Part shown: positions 35,099 through 45,260 of the stretch, piece by piece | Position numbering within the stretch: position 1 is the stretch's first letter | Layout: every line of letters starts with the position of its first letter | NCBI GenBank assembly: GCA_040767195.1 | Contig: JAXGPA010000001.1 | Coordinates: forward strand, 672,001 to 736,000 | Length of the DNA: 64,000 bases | Direction: 5' to 3' | Origin: Syntrophales bacterium | GTDB taxonomy: Bacteria; Desulfobacterota; Syntrophia; Syntrophales; UBA6807 | Made by a program: the position numbers and the translations under genes | Notes under the pieces: generated by a model | Databases searched by the model: none | What the model was told of the DNA's origin: nothing | The model's input: the letters and a program-made list of their open reading frames with translations, nothing else

Positions 35099-35141
35099 GA
35101 GCCGGCACCGGGGAACCAGGGTGCCCGGTCTTGAGGGTGTC

Positions 35142-36860
35142 ATGGGCGTCAAGCTTGCCAGAACGGCCGGGTTCTGCATGGGGGTTCGCCGGGCCGTGGA
35201 CATGGTCCTCGACATCGCCCGCAAGGGCGGAAAGGGGCCGATTTACACCTACGGCCCGCTCATACACAATCCCCAGACCATCGCGCTTCTGAAAAAACGA
35301 GGCGTCCTTCCCGTCGAGAATCTCGACGAGATCGACTCCGGAACGATCGTCATTCGGGCCCACGGCATTCCCCCGGCGGAGCGGTCCAGGCTGAAGGAAA
35401 AGGGCCTTGAAATCATCGACGCCACGTGCCCCAAGGTAGCCCGGGTCCAGGGAATCATACGGAAACATCATGGGCAGGGGCACACCATCCTGATCCTTGG
35501 AGACCGGGACCACCCCGAGGTCACCGCCCTCCTCGGCTACGCCGGCGACCGGGGGTTTATCGTCAACGGGATGGAGGATCTGATGAACCTTCCCGACTTC
35601 GACCGGGTGTGCGTGGTTGCCCAGACCACCCAGAACGTCGAGGAATTCGAGAGGATGGCCCGGGCGATCCAGGGAAAGTATCCCGGGGCGGTGATTTTCA
35701 ATACCATCTGCGATTCCACGGTTAAAAGGCAGGACGAGGTTCGCGACATGGCGGGCAAAATGGACGCCATGATCATCGTGGGCGGGAAAAACAGCGCCAA
35801 CACGGAGCGGCTGAGGACCATCAGCGAAGACTCGGGAACACCGACCTTTCTCGTGGAAACAGCCGGAGAGCTTCAGAAAATCGACCTCGATCCCTTTGAA
35901 AACATTGGTGTGTCCGCCGGGGCCTCGACACCCAACTGGATCATCAACGGGGTTCTGGACCACATCGCGGGAAAAGGCCGTGAAAAACGGGGCCGACTGG
36001 GGACGTTCCTCTATTCCCTGTGGCTGTGGACGGTGAAAACGGACGTGTTCAAGGCCGTCGGCGCCTCGAGTCTCACCCTGGCCGCCCAGATCCTCCAGGG
36101 TCTGCCCCCGAACCCCCTGAACCTTCTCATTTCGGCTTTCTACGTCCATGCCATGCACAGCATCAACCGGATCCAGGAAAAATCTCCCCTGGAAGACCGC
36201 TTCAGGGAAGGTGAAAAACCGCCGGCCCGCCACAGGAAAGCCTTTGTGGGCCTGGCGAGCCTGGGGCTGGCCCTTTTTCTGTCCGCACTGACCGGCCTGT
36301 CCTCCTTTCTCCTCCTCCTGTTCATCTCTTTCGTGGGACTTCTTTACGATATCCCCCTTCTTCCCTCGCACTGGTCCATAAGAAAGATCAGCGCCATTCC
36401 GGGCTCGAAAAACTTTCTCATGGCCGTCGCCTGGGCCACCGTGTGCGCCGCCCTTCCGCAGGTCGAGGCCATCCGGACCGCCGCACCGGCAACGGCGGTC
36501 GCCTTTATCTTCGTGTTCGCCCTCGTCTTCATCGTCTCCTCCCTTGCGGACCTGATGGACATCCAGGGCGATCGGCTGGTGGGACGGGAGACGATCCCCG
36601 TTATCATGGGCGAAAAAAAAACCCGGGCGATTCTCCAGGGTGGAAGCCTCCTTCTCGGTATCCTCCTGGTTCTTTCCTACGGGACGGGGTTGACGCCGTC
36701 CTTTACCCTCGCCCTCCTCACCTCTCTGATTTACCTGTGGATTTGTTTCCTCATTTATGATAGAAGGTTTTCGCTTTCCGCCTTGGCCGTGGAGGGTTTC
36801 CTGGAAAGCAACCTTGTTCTTCCGGGAGCCCTGGCGGGCCTGTGGTTGTATTTTTCGTGA
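35142..36860 (+). CDS. ispH: 4-hydroxy-3-methylbut-2-enyl diphosphate reductase fused to a UbiA-like membrane domain
   Basis: AGFCMGV, DATCPKV, TICDST, SANT, AGASTP; then ~290 aa multi-TM domain with DLMDIQGD...GRETIP. Confidence 0.9.
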   Translation: MGVKLARTAGFCMGVRRAVDMVLDIARKGGKGPIYTYGPLIHNPQTIALLKKRGVLPVENLDEIDSGTIVIRAHGIPPAERSRLKEKGLEIIDATCPKVARVQGIIRKHHGQGHTILILGDRDHPEVTALLGYAGDRGFIVNGMEDLMNLPDFDRVCVVAQTTQNVEEFERMARAIQGKYPGAVIFNTICDSTVKRQDEVRDMAGKMDAMIIVGGKNSANTERLRTISEDSGTPTFLVETAGELQKIDLDPFENIGVSAGASTPNWIINGVLDHIAGKGREKRGRLGTFLYSLWLWTVKTDVFKAVGASSLTLAAQILQGLPPNPLNLLISAFYVHAMHSINRIQEKSPLEDRFREGEKPPARHRKAFVGLASLGLALFLSALTGLSSFLLLLFISFVGLLYDIPLLPSHWSIRKISAIPGSKNFLMAVAWATVCAALPQVEAIRTAAPATAVAFIFVFALVFIVSSLADLMDIQGDRLVGRETIPVIMGEKKTRAILQGGSLLLGILLVLSYGTGLTPSFTLALLTSLIYLWICFLIYDRRFSLSALAVEGFLESNLVLPGALAGLWLYFS

Positions 36861-36937
36861 CCCCGACCGGACCTTCGGGGCCGATTGCTCTCAATGGGGA
36901 GAGCCCGATTGTAACAAAGCCGAGAGAGACGAAAACC

Positions 36938-37525
36938 ATGAAAAAGGCAGGGATCCGTTTCTTTTTGTTTATCACGATAGCCCTTCTTTCCGCTTGCGGG
37001 GGGCTTCGCTATGCCCAGGTCAACCCGGAGGCAAAGGACTTCCATCCCCGCAGCATCGCCGTCCTTCCCGTGGATGTGAGGACGAGCTACGAGGCCACCG
37101 GTCAGGCCGACGACATCCTGACCCGGACTCTCGAAAAATCGGGCAAGTTCAGCAAGGTGGTTTCCCCCGGTGAAATAAGAAAAGAAATGGAAAATGACGC
37201 CGGCCTTTCACGGAACATCTCCGACTACGTCGCCAAGTTCAGGGCGGTCAACTTCTCCGACCCGTCTTTGACCCTGTCCCTGGGAGAGCACTTCGACGTG
37301 GAGGCGCTTCTCCTGGCGACGGTGGATTTCTGGACTTACACCGTCGAAGGGGAAGACAAGGTCGCCAAGGTGGGATTCGCTGTCGATCTCATCGACACCG
37401 CCACCGGTCGTGTTGCCTGGAAAGCAGCCCATCACGAAACAAAAACCTATTGGCTCATCAAGCCCGACCTCCCCGATGTTGCCGAATCGGTGGCCCAAAT
37501 GATCGTCGCCGACATGCCCCATTGA
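36938..37525 (+). CDS. Putative lipoprotein
   Basis: MKK, hydrophobic core and LSAC lipobox; SIAVLPV segment. Confidence 0.75.
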   Translation: MKKAGIRFFLFITIALLSACGGLRYAQVNPEAKDFHPRSIAVLPVDVRTSYEATGQADDILTRTLEKSGKFSKVVSPGEIRKEMENDAGLSRNISDYVAKFRAVNFSDPSLTLSLGEHFDVEALLLATVDFWTYTVEGEDKVAKVGFAVDLIDTATGRVAWKAAHHETKTYWLIKPDLPDVAESVAQMIVADMPH

Positions 37526-37597
37526 TTTTCCCGCCCGCCGCGGAAGGGGCCGGCGCTTCGCGGGGAGTAACACATCCTTAAAAATGCAGGAGGCTCC

Positions 37598-37819
37598 ATG
37601 AAAGAGAAAGTTCAGGCATTGATCAATGACGTCCGTCCGAAACTGCAGGCGGACGGCGGCGATATCGAGCTCATCGACGTGACCGGGGACGGTGTCGTGA
37701 AAGTCAAGCTCCTCGGCGCCTGCGGAGGCTGCCCCATGGCCCAGATGACCCTGAAGATGGGCGTGGAGCGGTATCTCAAATCCAAGCTTCCCGAGGTTCA
37801 GAAAGTCGAATCGGTCTGA
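37598..37819 (+). CDS. NifU C-terminal (Nfu) domain protein
   Basis: VRP.LQADGGDIEL, GACGGCP. Confidence 0.94.
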   Translation: MKEKVQALINDVRPKLQADGGDIELIDVTGDGVVKVKLLGACGGCPMAQMTLKMGVERYLKSKLPEVQKVESV

Positions 37820-37872
37820 CAAATCGACACGCTTTACAGGTCGATTGGATCGGATATCTTTCAGTACGTTAA

Positions 37873-38097
<225 letters not shown>

Positions 38098-38135
38098 ACC
38101 GTCGCGGAATGGAGGATCGTCCCCGAAAGGGCGCC

Positions 38136-38780
38136 ATGGGTTCTTTCATCACCTTTGAAGGGATTGAAGGTTCGGGGAAAACGACCCAGATCAGAAAAGC
38201 CGCGGATTTCCTCACCCGAAGAGGGATTCCTTTCCTGCTCACGGAAGAGCCGGGCGGGACGGCCCTCGGACACATCTTGAGAAAAATCCTCCTGGACAAG
38301 ACGACCCTTCGGATCGGGGACAGGGCTGAACTTCTTCTGTTTGCGGCGGCACGGGCCCAGCATGTGGAAGAGAAAATCCGGCCCGCCCTGAAAGCGGGCC
38401 GCGTCGTTCTCTGCGACCGCTTTTCCGACGCCACGGTAGCCTACCAGGGCTTCGGCCGGCGACTGGAACTCGAATCCATCCGCTGGCTCAACCGTTTCTG
38501 CACGGCGTCGCTCAGGCCCGACTGGACGTTTCTCTTTGACATCCCCGCTGAAAAGGGGCTGGAAAGGGTTCAAGAGCGATCCCGGGTGTCCGGGGCGGCG
38601 GCATCGGAAACAGATCGTTTCGAAGGTGAAGATACGGCGTTCCACAGGAGAATCCGTGAGGGATACCTGAAAATCGCCGGAGAGGAACCGGACCGGTTTC
38701 ACCTTTTCAACGGCACCCTGCCCATCGAGACAATCCATGGTCATGTGTCGAAAACATTGACGGAGATCCTTCACCTCTGA
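38136..38780 (+). CDS. tmk: Thymidylate kinase
   Basis: FITFEGIEGSGKTTQ, EPGGT, CDRFSDAT.AYQG. Confidence 0.95.
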   Translation: MGSFITFEGIEGSGKTTQIRKAADFLTRRGIPFLLTEEPGGTALGHILRKILLDKTTLRIGDRAELLLFAAARAQHVEEKIRPALKAGRVVLCDRFSDATVAYQGFGRRLELESIRWLNRFCTASLRPDWTFLFDIPAEKGLERVQERSRVSGAAASETDRFEGEDTAFHRRIREGYLKIAGEEPDRFHLFNGTLPIETIHGHVSKTLTEILHL

Positions 38781-38786
38781 AAGGCC

Positions 38787-39767
38787 ATGTCGTTCAAAGA
38801 CATTTTAGGACAGGAAAAACAGAAGTCCGTCCTCAGCCGTTCCCTGGAACGGGACCGGATATCCCACGCCTATCTGTTTCACGGCATACGGGGCATCGGA
38901 AAATTTGAAACGGCCCGTGTTTTCGCCAGGGCCCTGAACTGCCTCACCCTCACCGGGGACGCCTGCGATGGTTGTTCCTCGTGCCGGAAAAGCATGGCGG
39001 GGAATCACGCCGACATCACGGAGATCCGGCCCGACGGGGCTTTTATCAAAATGGCCGCCATCCGGGAGCTCCAGCACCAGATCCAGTTCAGGCCCTACGA
39101 GGGGAAAAGGAGGGTTTTTCTCATCGATGAGGCGGAACGTATGAACGGCCCGTCGGCGAACGCCCTTCTCAAGACCCTGGAAGAGCCCGGCCCCGGGAAC
39201 GTTCTGATTCTCGTCTCCTCGAGTCCTCACGGGCTTCCCCGGACCATCCCCTCCCGGTGCCAGCCCCTGCGCTTCGATCCCCTCGGGGATGACAAAATCT
39301 CCGCCTTTCTCGCGAGCCGCCATGCCATCGACTCCGCCCGGGCGGATCTCATCGCCGCCGCTTCCGGAGGCAGCCTGGAAAAGGCCCTGGAAATGCTCCA
39401 GGAAGGCTATCACACCCGAAAAAACGATCTTATCGCCAGGATTGCCGCCTGCCTGGAGCGGAAAGATCCTGCCGATTTCTTTTCCCTCCCTGTTCTTTTC
39501 GGGGAAAACAGGCAGGAGATCATCGGAAAACTGCACATCCTGGAAACCTGGTACCGGGACATGCTCGTGACCCGCGAGAAGGGCCCCCCGGGGACGCTGA
39601 TTCATCCCGATCTGGCTGACGAAACGGAAAGCATGTCCCTGAAATTCTCCACCCGGTCGATCCTCTCCGCCATTGACGCGGTGCGCCGGGCCCGGGAGGC
39701 CGTCGAACAGAACGGGAACCGGCAGTTGACTTTGGAATCAATGCTGTTTAAACTCGTCGCCATATGA
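38787..39767 (+). CDS. holB: DNA polymerase III subunit delta'
   Basis: HAYLF.G..GIGK, zinc Cys cluster, ANALLKTLEEP, SRC. Confidence 0.93.
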   Translation: MSFKDILGQEKQKSVLSRSLERDRISHAYLFHGIRGIGKFETARVFARALNCLTLTGDACDGCSSCRKSMAGNHADITEIRPDGAFIKMAAIRELQHQIQFRPYEGKRRVFLIDEAERMNGPSANALLKTLEEPGPGNVLILVSSSPHGLPRTIPSRCQPLRFDPLGDDKISAFLASRHAIDSARADLIAAASGGSLEKALEMLQEGYHTRKNDLIARIAACLERKDPADFFSLPVLFGENRQEIIGKLHILETWYRDMLVTREKGPPGTLIHPDLADETESMSLKFSTRSILSAIDAVRRAREAVEQNGNRQLTLESMLFKLVAI

Positions 39768-40648
39768 AAACGTTAAAAGCGCCTATAACCACTGAAAATG
39801 ATGAAGACATCATCCCGGCGGGGCAGCCCGGGCCGGAAATCTGGGTGGCCTGTGTCCGGCTGAAGCACCGGAGCCAGGTCTTCCTTGTCCATCTCGGGGA
39901 GGATCCCGTCCGGAAAGGTGACAAGCTCATCGTGGAAGCGGAAAACGGCCTGTCGGTGGGCGAGGTTACCACCGCGTGGCCCTTCGACCCGTCCGACCCC
40001 GTTCCGGGAAAAATGAAAATGGCCCTTCGGAAAGCCCGGGAAGACGATCTGCAGGTGGAAGAGGAAAACCGGGGGATCGAAGACCGGGCCTCCATTTTCT
40101 GTTCCCGCTGCATCGAGAGCCGGGGCCTGCCCATGAAGCTTGTCGAAGTGGAGTATCTTTTCGACCGGAGCAAGATTATTTTTTACTTCACAGCGGAAAA
40201 CCGCGTTGATTTCCGGGAACTTGTCAAGGATCTCGTGCAGCAGTTCAAAACCAGGATCGAACTTCGCCAGATCTGGGTGAGGAGCGAGGCCCAGCTTCTC
40301 GGGGGTGTCGGAATCTGCGGCAGGGATCTCTGCTGCACCCGGTTCCTCACCACCTTCGCCCCCGTTTCCATCAAGATGGCCAAGGAACAGCAGATGCTCC
40401 TGAACCCGGAAAAGATATCGGGCCTGTGCGGAAGGCTCATGTGCTGCCTGGCTTATGAATACGGCCACTACGCCAAGACAAAGAAGAGACTGCCCAAGTG
40501 CGGCGCCGTGGTGGACACGGAATCGGGAAAAGGCACTGTGACAAGGCAGAATCTCATGGAAGGGAAGGTCACCGTTGCGCTCCAGGACGGGAAAGAAACG
40601 GAAATCGCCCTGGAGGAACTGAAAGTCGACCCTTTCACCAGCCTGTAA
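39764..40648 (+). CDS. PSP1 domain / RicT (YaaT) family protein
   Basis: FYFTAE.RVDFRELVKDL, G.CGR.LCC, SIKMAKEQ, CGRLMCCL.YE. Confidence 0.92.
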   Translation: MKTLKAPITTENDEDIIPAGQPGPEIWVACVRLKHRSQVFLVHLGEDPVRKGDKLIVEAENGLSVGEVTTAWPFDPSDPVPGKMKMALRKAREDDLQVEEENRGIEDRASIFCSRCIESRGLPMKLVEVEYLFDRSKIIFYFTAENRVDFRELVKDLVQQFKTRIELRQIWVRSEAQLLGGVGICGRDLCCTRFLTTFAPVSIKMAKEQQMLLNPEKISGLCGRLMCCLAYEYGHYAKTKKRLPKCGAVVDTESGKGTVTRQNLMEGKVTVALQDGKETEIALEELKVDPFTSL

Positions 40649-40709
40649 GACAAGGAAGTCGCCGGCACCCGGCAAAAAACATTTCGTCCACAGACGGGAG
40701 CAGAGAACC

Positions 40710-42605
40710 ATGAAAAAGGCCTTTTACGTGACCACGCCCATTTATTATGTCAACGCCTCCCCCCACATCGGGCACGCTTACACCACCATCGTGGCCGACG
40801 TCATGGCCCGGTTCTATCGCCTCCTCGGTTATGAAACGTTTTTTCTTACCGGAACGGACGAACACGGCGACAAGATAGCCGAAGCGGCGGCCAAGGCGGG
40901 GGAAACCCCCAAGGCCTATGCGGACCGTTACAGCGGCCAGTTCAGGGCCCTGTGGCCGGAGCTCTCCATCACCAACGATCACTTCATCCGCACCACCGAT
41001 GACGATCATGTAAAAACGGTCCAGAACATCCTCCAGGCGGTCTACGAAAAGGGCGACATCTACTTCGGCCATTACGAGGGCTTTTACTGCGTGGGGTGCG
41101 AGCGTTTCTACCGGGAAAGCGAGCTCGCCGACGGGAAATGCCCGGATCACCAGACGGAGCCGGAATACCGGAAGGAGAGCAACTATTTTTTCCGCATGAG
41201 CCGTTACCAGGACTGGCTCATGACGCATATCCGGGATAATCCGGATTTCATCCGCCCCGAGCGTTACCGCAACGAAGTCCTGGCCTTTCTCCGGGAGCCT
41301 CTTGAAGACCTGTGCATCTCCCGTCCCAAGACAAGGCTCACCTGGGGGATCACCCTTCCCTTCGACGACAAGTATGTCACCTACGTCTGGTTCGACGCCC
41401 TCATCAACTATCTGACGGGAATCGGCTTTCCCGGCGGCTCCCGGTTCGACACGTTCTGGCCCGTCTGCGAGCACCTCATCGCCAAGGACATTCTGAAGCC
41501 CCACGGCATCTACTGGCCCACCATGCTCAAGGCCCTGGGGATCACCCCCTATCATCGCCTGAACGTACACGGCTACTGGAACATCGACGAGGGCAAGATG
41601 TCCAAAAGCCGGGGGACTGTCATTAAGCCACTGGATTTAAAGGATAAATACGGACTTGATGCCTTCCGGTATTATCTCCTTCGGGAAATGGTCTTCGGCC
41701 TCGACTCCAATTTCAGCGAGGAGGGATTCGTCCTCCGGCTGAACTCGGACCTGGCCAACGATCTGGGCAACCTGGTGAGCCGGTCCCTCACCATGGCCAG
41801 CCGGTACTGTGACGGAAAAGTCCCCCCGGCCTCCGCGCCGGCCGATGAAGACCACATCCTCATCGACCGGGCCCTGAAGCTTCTCCCCGAGGTGGAAGAG
41901 TCATTCCGGGGCCTTCAGTTCCACAAGGCCCTCCTCTCGATCTGGGAATTCGTGGGCATGACAAACAAGTACATCGTGGCGCAGGAACCGTGGACGCTGT
42001 CCAAAGACCCGGATAAGAAGGATCGGCTCCAAACCGTCCTCTACACCGTCCTGGAAGCGATCCGCTTCATATCCGTTCTCGTCAGTCCCGTCATGCCCGA
42101 CGGGGCGGCGGCCCTTCTCCGCCGCCTGGGCATCCAGGACCCGTCCGGGCAGGATTTTGAAAGTATTCGTTCCTGGGGCGTCCTCGAACCGGGAAACCCC
42201 CTCACCGTGGGGGAGGCCCTGTTCCCCCGCGTCCAGTGGACAAAGAAGGAAGAAGAGAAGGTCCGGAAGCTGAAAGACGTGAAACCGGAAATCTCCCTGG
42301 AGGATTTCGCCAGGGTGGATCTCCGGGTGGCCCGGGTTTTAGAAGCGGAACCCGTCCCCCGGTCGGACAAGCTCGTTAAGCTGAAAATCGACGTGGGGGA
42401 AGAGCGGACGATCGTCGCCGGCATGGGAAAGGACTACAGGCCGGAAGACCTGGTGGGACGGCAGATCGCCGTGGTGGTCAACCTGAAGCCGGCGAAGCTC
42501 ATGGGCGTCGAATCCCACGGGATGCTTCTCGCCACGGACAGGGAGGAAGGCCTCGCCCTCGTCGCCTTTGACGGCGATGTCCGGGACGGCGCGAAAATCC
42601 GTTAA
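40710..42605 (+). CDS. metG: Methionine--tRNA ligase
   Basis: YYVNASPHIGH, YVWFDAL.NY, KMSKS, C-terminal tRNA-binding domain. Confidence 0.97.
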   Translation: MKKAFYVTTPIYYVNASPHIGHAYTTIVADVMARFYRLLGYETFFLTGTDEHGDKIAEAAAKAGETPKAYADRYSGQFRALWPELSITNDHFIRTTDDDHVKTVQNILQAVYEKGDIYFGHYEGFYCVGCERFYRESELADGKCPDHQTEPEYRKESNYFFRMSRYQDWLMTHIRDNPDFIRPERYRNEVLAFLREPLEDLCISRPKTRLTWGITLPFDDKYVTYVWFDALINYLTGIGFPGGSRFDTFWPVCEHLIAKDILKPHGIYWPTMLKALGITPYHRLNVHGYWNIDEGKMSKSRGTVIKPLDLKDKYGLDAFRYYLLREMVFGLDSNFSEEGFVLRLNSDLANDLGNLVSRSLTMASRYCDGKVPPASAPADEDHILIDRALKLLPEVEESFRGLQFHKALLSIWEFVGMTNKYIVAQEPWTLSKDPDKKDRLQTVLYTVLEAIRFISVLVSPVMPDGAAALLRRLGIQDPSGQDFESIRSWGVLEPGNPLTVGEALFPRVQWTKKEEEKVRKLKDVKPEISLEDFARVDLRVARVLEAEPVPRSDKLVKLKIDVGEERTIVAGMGKDYRPEDLVGRQIAVVVNLKPAKLMGVESHGMLLATDREEGLALVAFDGDVRDGAKIR

Positions 42606-44044
42606 TCGTCCAGGTCGCCCACCTCGCGGGCCAGCTTCTCCGCCGATGCCGCGGGGGCCGATCCCCGGGGCCTCGCCAGGGGAACATCCACGGGGCTGAC
42701 CCACTTCCGGGCCACGTCCCCCGTCCCGGTGACGTTCAGCTTCCCGAACAGGAAGGCGAACCGCTCCTCCAGTTCCCCGCCGATGCCGTCGAGGACCTCC
42801 GGCGGCAGGGTCCACAGATCCGCTTTGTAGGGACCGAACCCCTTTTTCCGGGTCTTGTAGATAAACTGCTCCTCCGTGTCCTTTTCCTTCTTCTCCCCGG
42901 CCAGTTCCTTCCGGATGTACCCGTAGATCTTCTCCCGCAGGGACGCCGGGAAAGCGGGGCTGTCGTAGATGATGTTCTGGAACCCCGTGGCAAGGTGGAT
43001 TTCCGCCGTCCCCGTCTCGGGGAACGCGCCGAAGGCCTCCTCGGGGAGGGTCGACGCCCCATGCTGAACCGCCCCGGCCAGTCCGTACTCCCGGCGGGCC
43101 GTTTCCGAAATCTCCCGGAGGGTGTTGAAGTCGATTTTCACCGTGGCGATGGACCCGTCAGGCAGGGGCACGCCGCCGTGGGTGGTCCCCGTCTGAATGC
43201 TGATCTTGCTGATGCCTTTGCCGGAGTCCCGGAGGCTTTTCAATTCCCGGAGGTATCCCGTCATGAACGCGCGGAATTCTTCCACGGTGGTGTTCCGGCC
43301 TCCCACCTCGCCGATTTCGCCGCCCACGGAGACGGTCACCCCCGGCGGCTCGAGTTCCCGGATGAATGCCGTCAGATCGGCGGTCACCCGGTAGTTGGCC
43401 TCCTGCTGCTCCTCCAGGGTCGGACGGTCCAGGTCCACCAGGGTCGACGCGTCGATGTCGATGTTGTAAAACCCGCCCTCCAGGGCCTCCCGGATCAGCT
43501 TTTTCACGTCCCCCTCTTCCCGGGCCGGGTCGGCGGCATATTTCTTCGCATTCATCTGGAAATGATCTCCCTGGAGAAAAATCGGACCCCGGTAGCCCGT
43601 TCGGATGGCCGCTGCCATGACAGCCGCGGTGTATTCGGCGGGCCTCTGGTAGGTGTAGCCGATCTCGGAACGGGCGATCTCGAAGATGAAGGGGCCGACG
43701 TCCTGTTTCAGGGCGGCCCGGAAGACCGCCTGGGCGGCCTGGTAGGTGATCCCCCGGAGGTTGATGGCGGGAACGGTGAACCCCGTGACGTCCTTCCGCC
43801 CCATGGCATCATAGAGGGTCTGGATCGAGGCGGGCAGGATCCCCAGGGATGCCCCGGCCCGGCGGATGATCCAACGGCACAGCGCCTTCAGGTCTTCGTC
43901 GGGGGAAAGGGCAGCCGTGTATATGAGGCCGTCGATCCCTTCCTTTCGAAGTTTCCCCTCATCCAATACCCGAACCTCTTCGTCCTTAACGTCGAGGATG
44001 TCGGCGACGGCCCCGAGCAGGCTTTCCCGATCTTTATGTATCAT
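42602..44044 (-). CDS. Class II fructose-bisphosphate aldolase family protein
   Basis: FTVPAIN, QGDH, GGEIGEVG, GTTHG, AVQHGASTLP; downstream of fbp. Confidence 0.85.
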   Translation of the reverse strand: MIHKDRESLLGAVADILDVKDEEVRVLDEGKLRKEGIDGLIYTAALSPDEDLKALCRWIIRRAGASLGILPASIQTLYDAMGRKDVTGFTVPAINLRGITYQAAQAVFRAALKQDVGPFIFEIARSEIGYTYQRPAEYTAAVMAAAIRTGYRGPIFLQGDHFQMNAKKYAADPAREEGDVKKLIREALEGGFYNIDIDASTLVDLDRPTLEEQQEANYRVTADLTAFIRELEPPGVTVSVGGEIGEVGGRNTTVEEFRAFMTGYLRELKSLRDSGKGISKISIQTGTTHGGVPLPDGSIATVKIDFNTLREISETARREYGLAGAVQHGASTLPEEAFGAFPETGTAEIHLATGFQNIIYDSPAFPASLREKIYGYIRKELAGEKKEKDTEEQFIYKTRKKGFGPYKADLWTLPPEVLDGIGGELEERFAFLFGKLNVTGTGDVARKWVSPVDVPLARPRGSAPAASAEKLAREVGDLDD

Positions 44045-44088
44045 GGCTTCCTCTCCTTTTGATGTTTCCCGGTCCCTGCCGGCGAATT

Positions 44089-45036
44089 TTACCTCTCTTC
44101 GGCATTCTTGAGGTAATCACCGGCCTTTTCCACTTCGTACCGGCTTCCGATATAGACGGGGCTTCGCTGGTCCAGGCTTTCCGGCGTCATGGACAGGATC
44201 CTTTTGACGCCGTCGGTAGCCATCCCACCGGCCTGCTCCATGATGAAGGACATGGGCTGGAGCTCGAAGATAAGGCGGAGCTTCCCTTTGGCGGCGTTTT
44301 TCAGGGCGGGGTATGTGAAAACGCCGCCGCGCTTGATGAGAATCTGGTTGATGTCGGGGACGAACCCGCCGCTGTACCGGAGCTTGTATCCCTGGGCCTC
44401 AAGATCGGCCACATACCGGGCATGGGCTTCCGTCCAGTCGTTTCGCAGGCCGCCGATGCTGTAAATGGATCCCTTGTCCTTCATTCGGATATTCTCTTCC
44501 GAGAGAACGTACTCCCCCTCCCGGTTGAGGACGAACTCGTGGGTCCCCTTGCCCGCCGTGTAGACCATGGTGATGAGGGGACCGTAAGTGATGTACAGGG
44601 CGGCGACGATGCTTTTCTGCCCCTCCTCGATGATGGGAACCCGATGAATCCCGATGATCGTCCCGATGGCCAGGTTGGTGTCCACCAGGGAGGAACCGTC
44701 GAGGGGGTCGGCGGTGATGAAGTATTTCTCGTCCCCTTTCCCGCACTTCAGGATCTCCGGCTGCTCTTCCGAGGCATATTCCCGGACAAACCCGGAAAAC
44801 TGGAGCTGGCTCTTGAGGATCTCGTCGGCAACCCGGTCCAGGGCCAGCTGTTCCTCCCCGTATATGTTCCGAAAACCCGCCAGTTTCCGGTTCGACTCAT
44901 GGATTTTTGCCGATATGTATTTTCCCGTCACGGCGATCTGCCAGATGAGCCGGCGGAGTTCCATCTCGATCCCGGCCATCCACATGTGCCGACGGAGATC
45001 GACAAGATATCGGGTCGGATCGGAAATGTTCGTCAT
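44089..45036 (-). CDS. fbp: Fructose-1,6-bisphosphatase class 1
   Basis: N.YGE.QL.LD, ASEE, DPLDGSS, LRYSGG.VPD, KLRL.FE. Confidence 0.95.
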   Translation of the reverse strand: MTNISDPTRYLVDLRRHMWMAGIEMELRRLIWQIAVTGKYISAKIHESNRKLAGFRNIYGEEQLALDRVADEILKSQLQFSGFVREYASEEQPEILKCGKGDEKYFITADPLDGSSLVDTNLAIGTIIGIHRVPIIEEGQKSIVAALYITYGPLITMVYTAGKGTHEFVLNREGEYVLSEENIRMKDKGSIYSIGGLRNDWTEAHARYVADLEAQGYKLRYSGGFVPDINQILIKRGGVFTYPALKNAAKGKLRLIFELQPMSFIMEQAGGMATDGVKRILSMTPESLDQRSPVYIGSRYEVEKAGDYLKNAEER

Positions 45037-45260
45037 CGCATGCCTCCCCTGAACGATCTTCTGAACTTTAAAAAAAGCGGTTAAAAATTCACGAAAAAAG
45101 ACTGGCTTGAAGGGTCCCCTGAAGGAAGCCGTGTTCTATCCCGCCTCCTTCCTCAAAATATCAGCTCGGGGCCTTTGCCGCAAGCGGTTTGTGTCCCGGA
45201 CGTCAGTCAGGGACATCTCAGAAAGCATTCATGACCCTTTTTGTCGTTTCTCCACAGCGC

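Noticed and set aside
42602..42605. Overlapping stop codons of convergent metG and aldolase genes
   Set aside because: A real 4-bp overlap, but common in compact genomes
38136..42605. PSP1/RicT (sporulation-annotated) gene in a non-Firmicute
   Set aside because: tmk-holB-PSP1-metG is a widely conserved housekeeping arrangement
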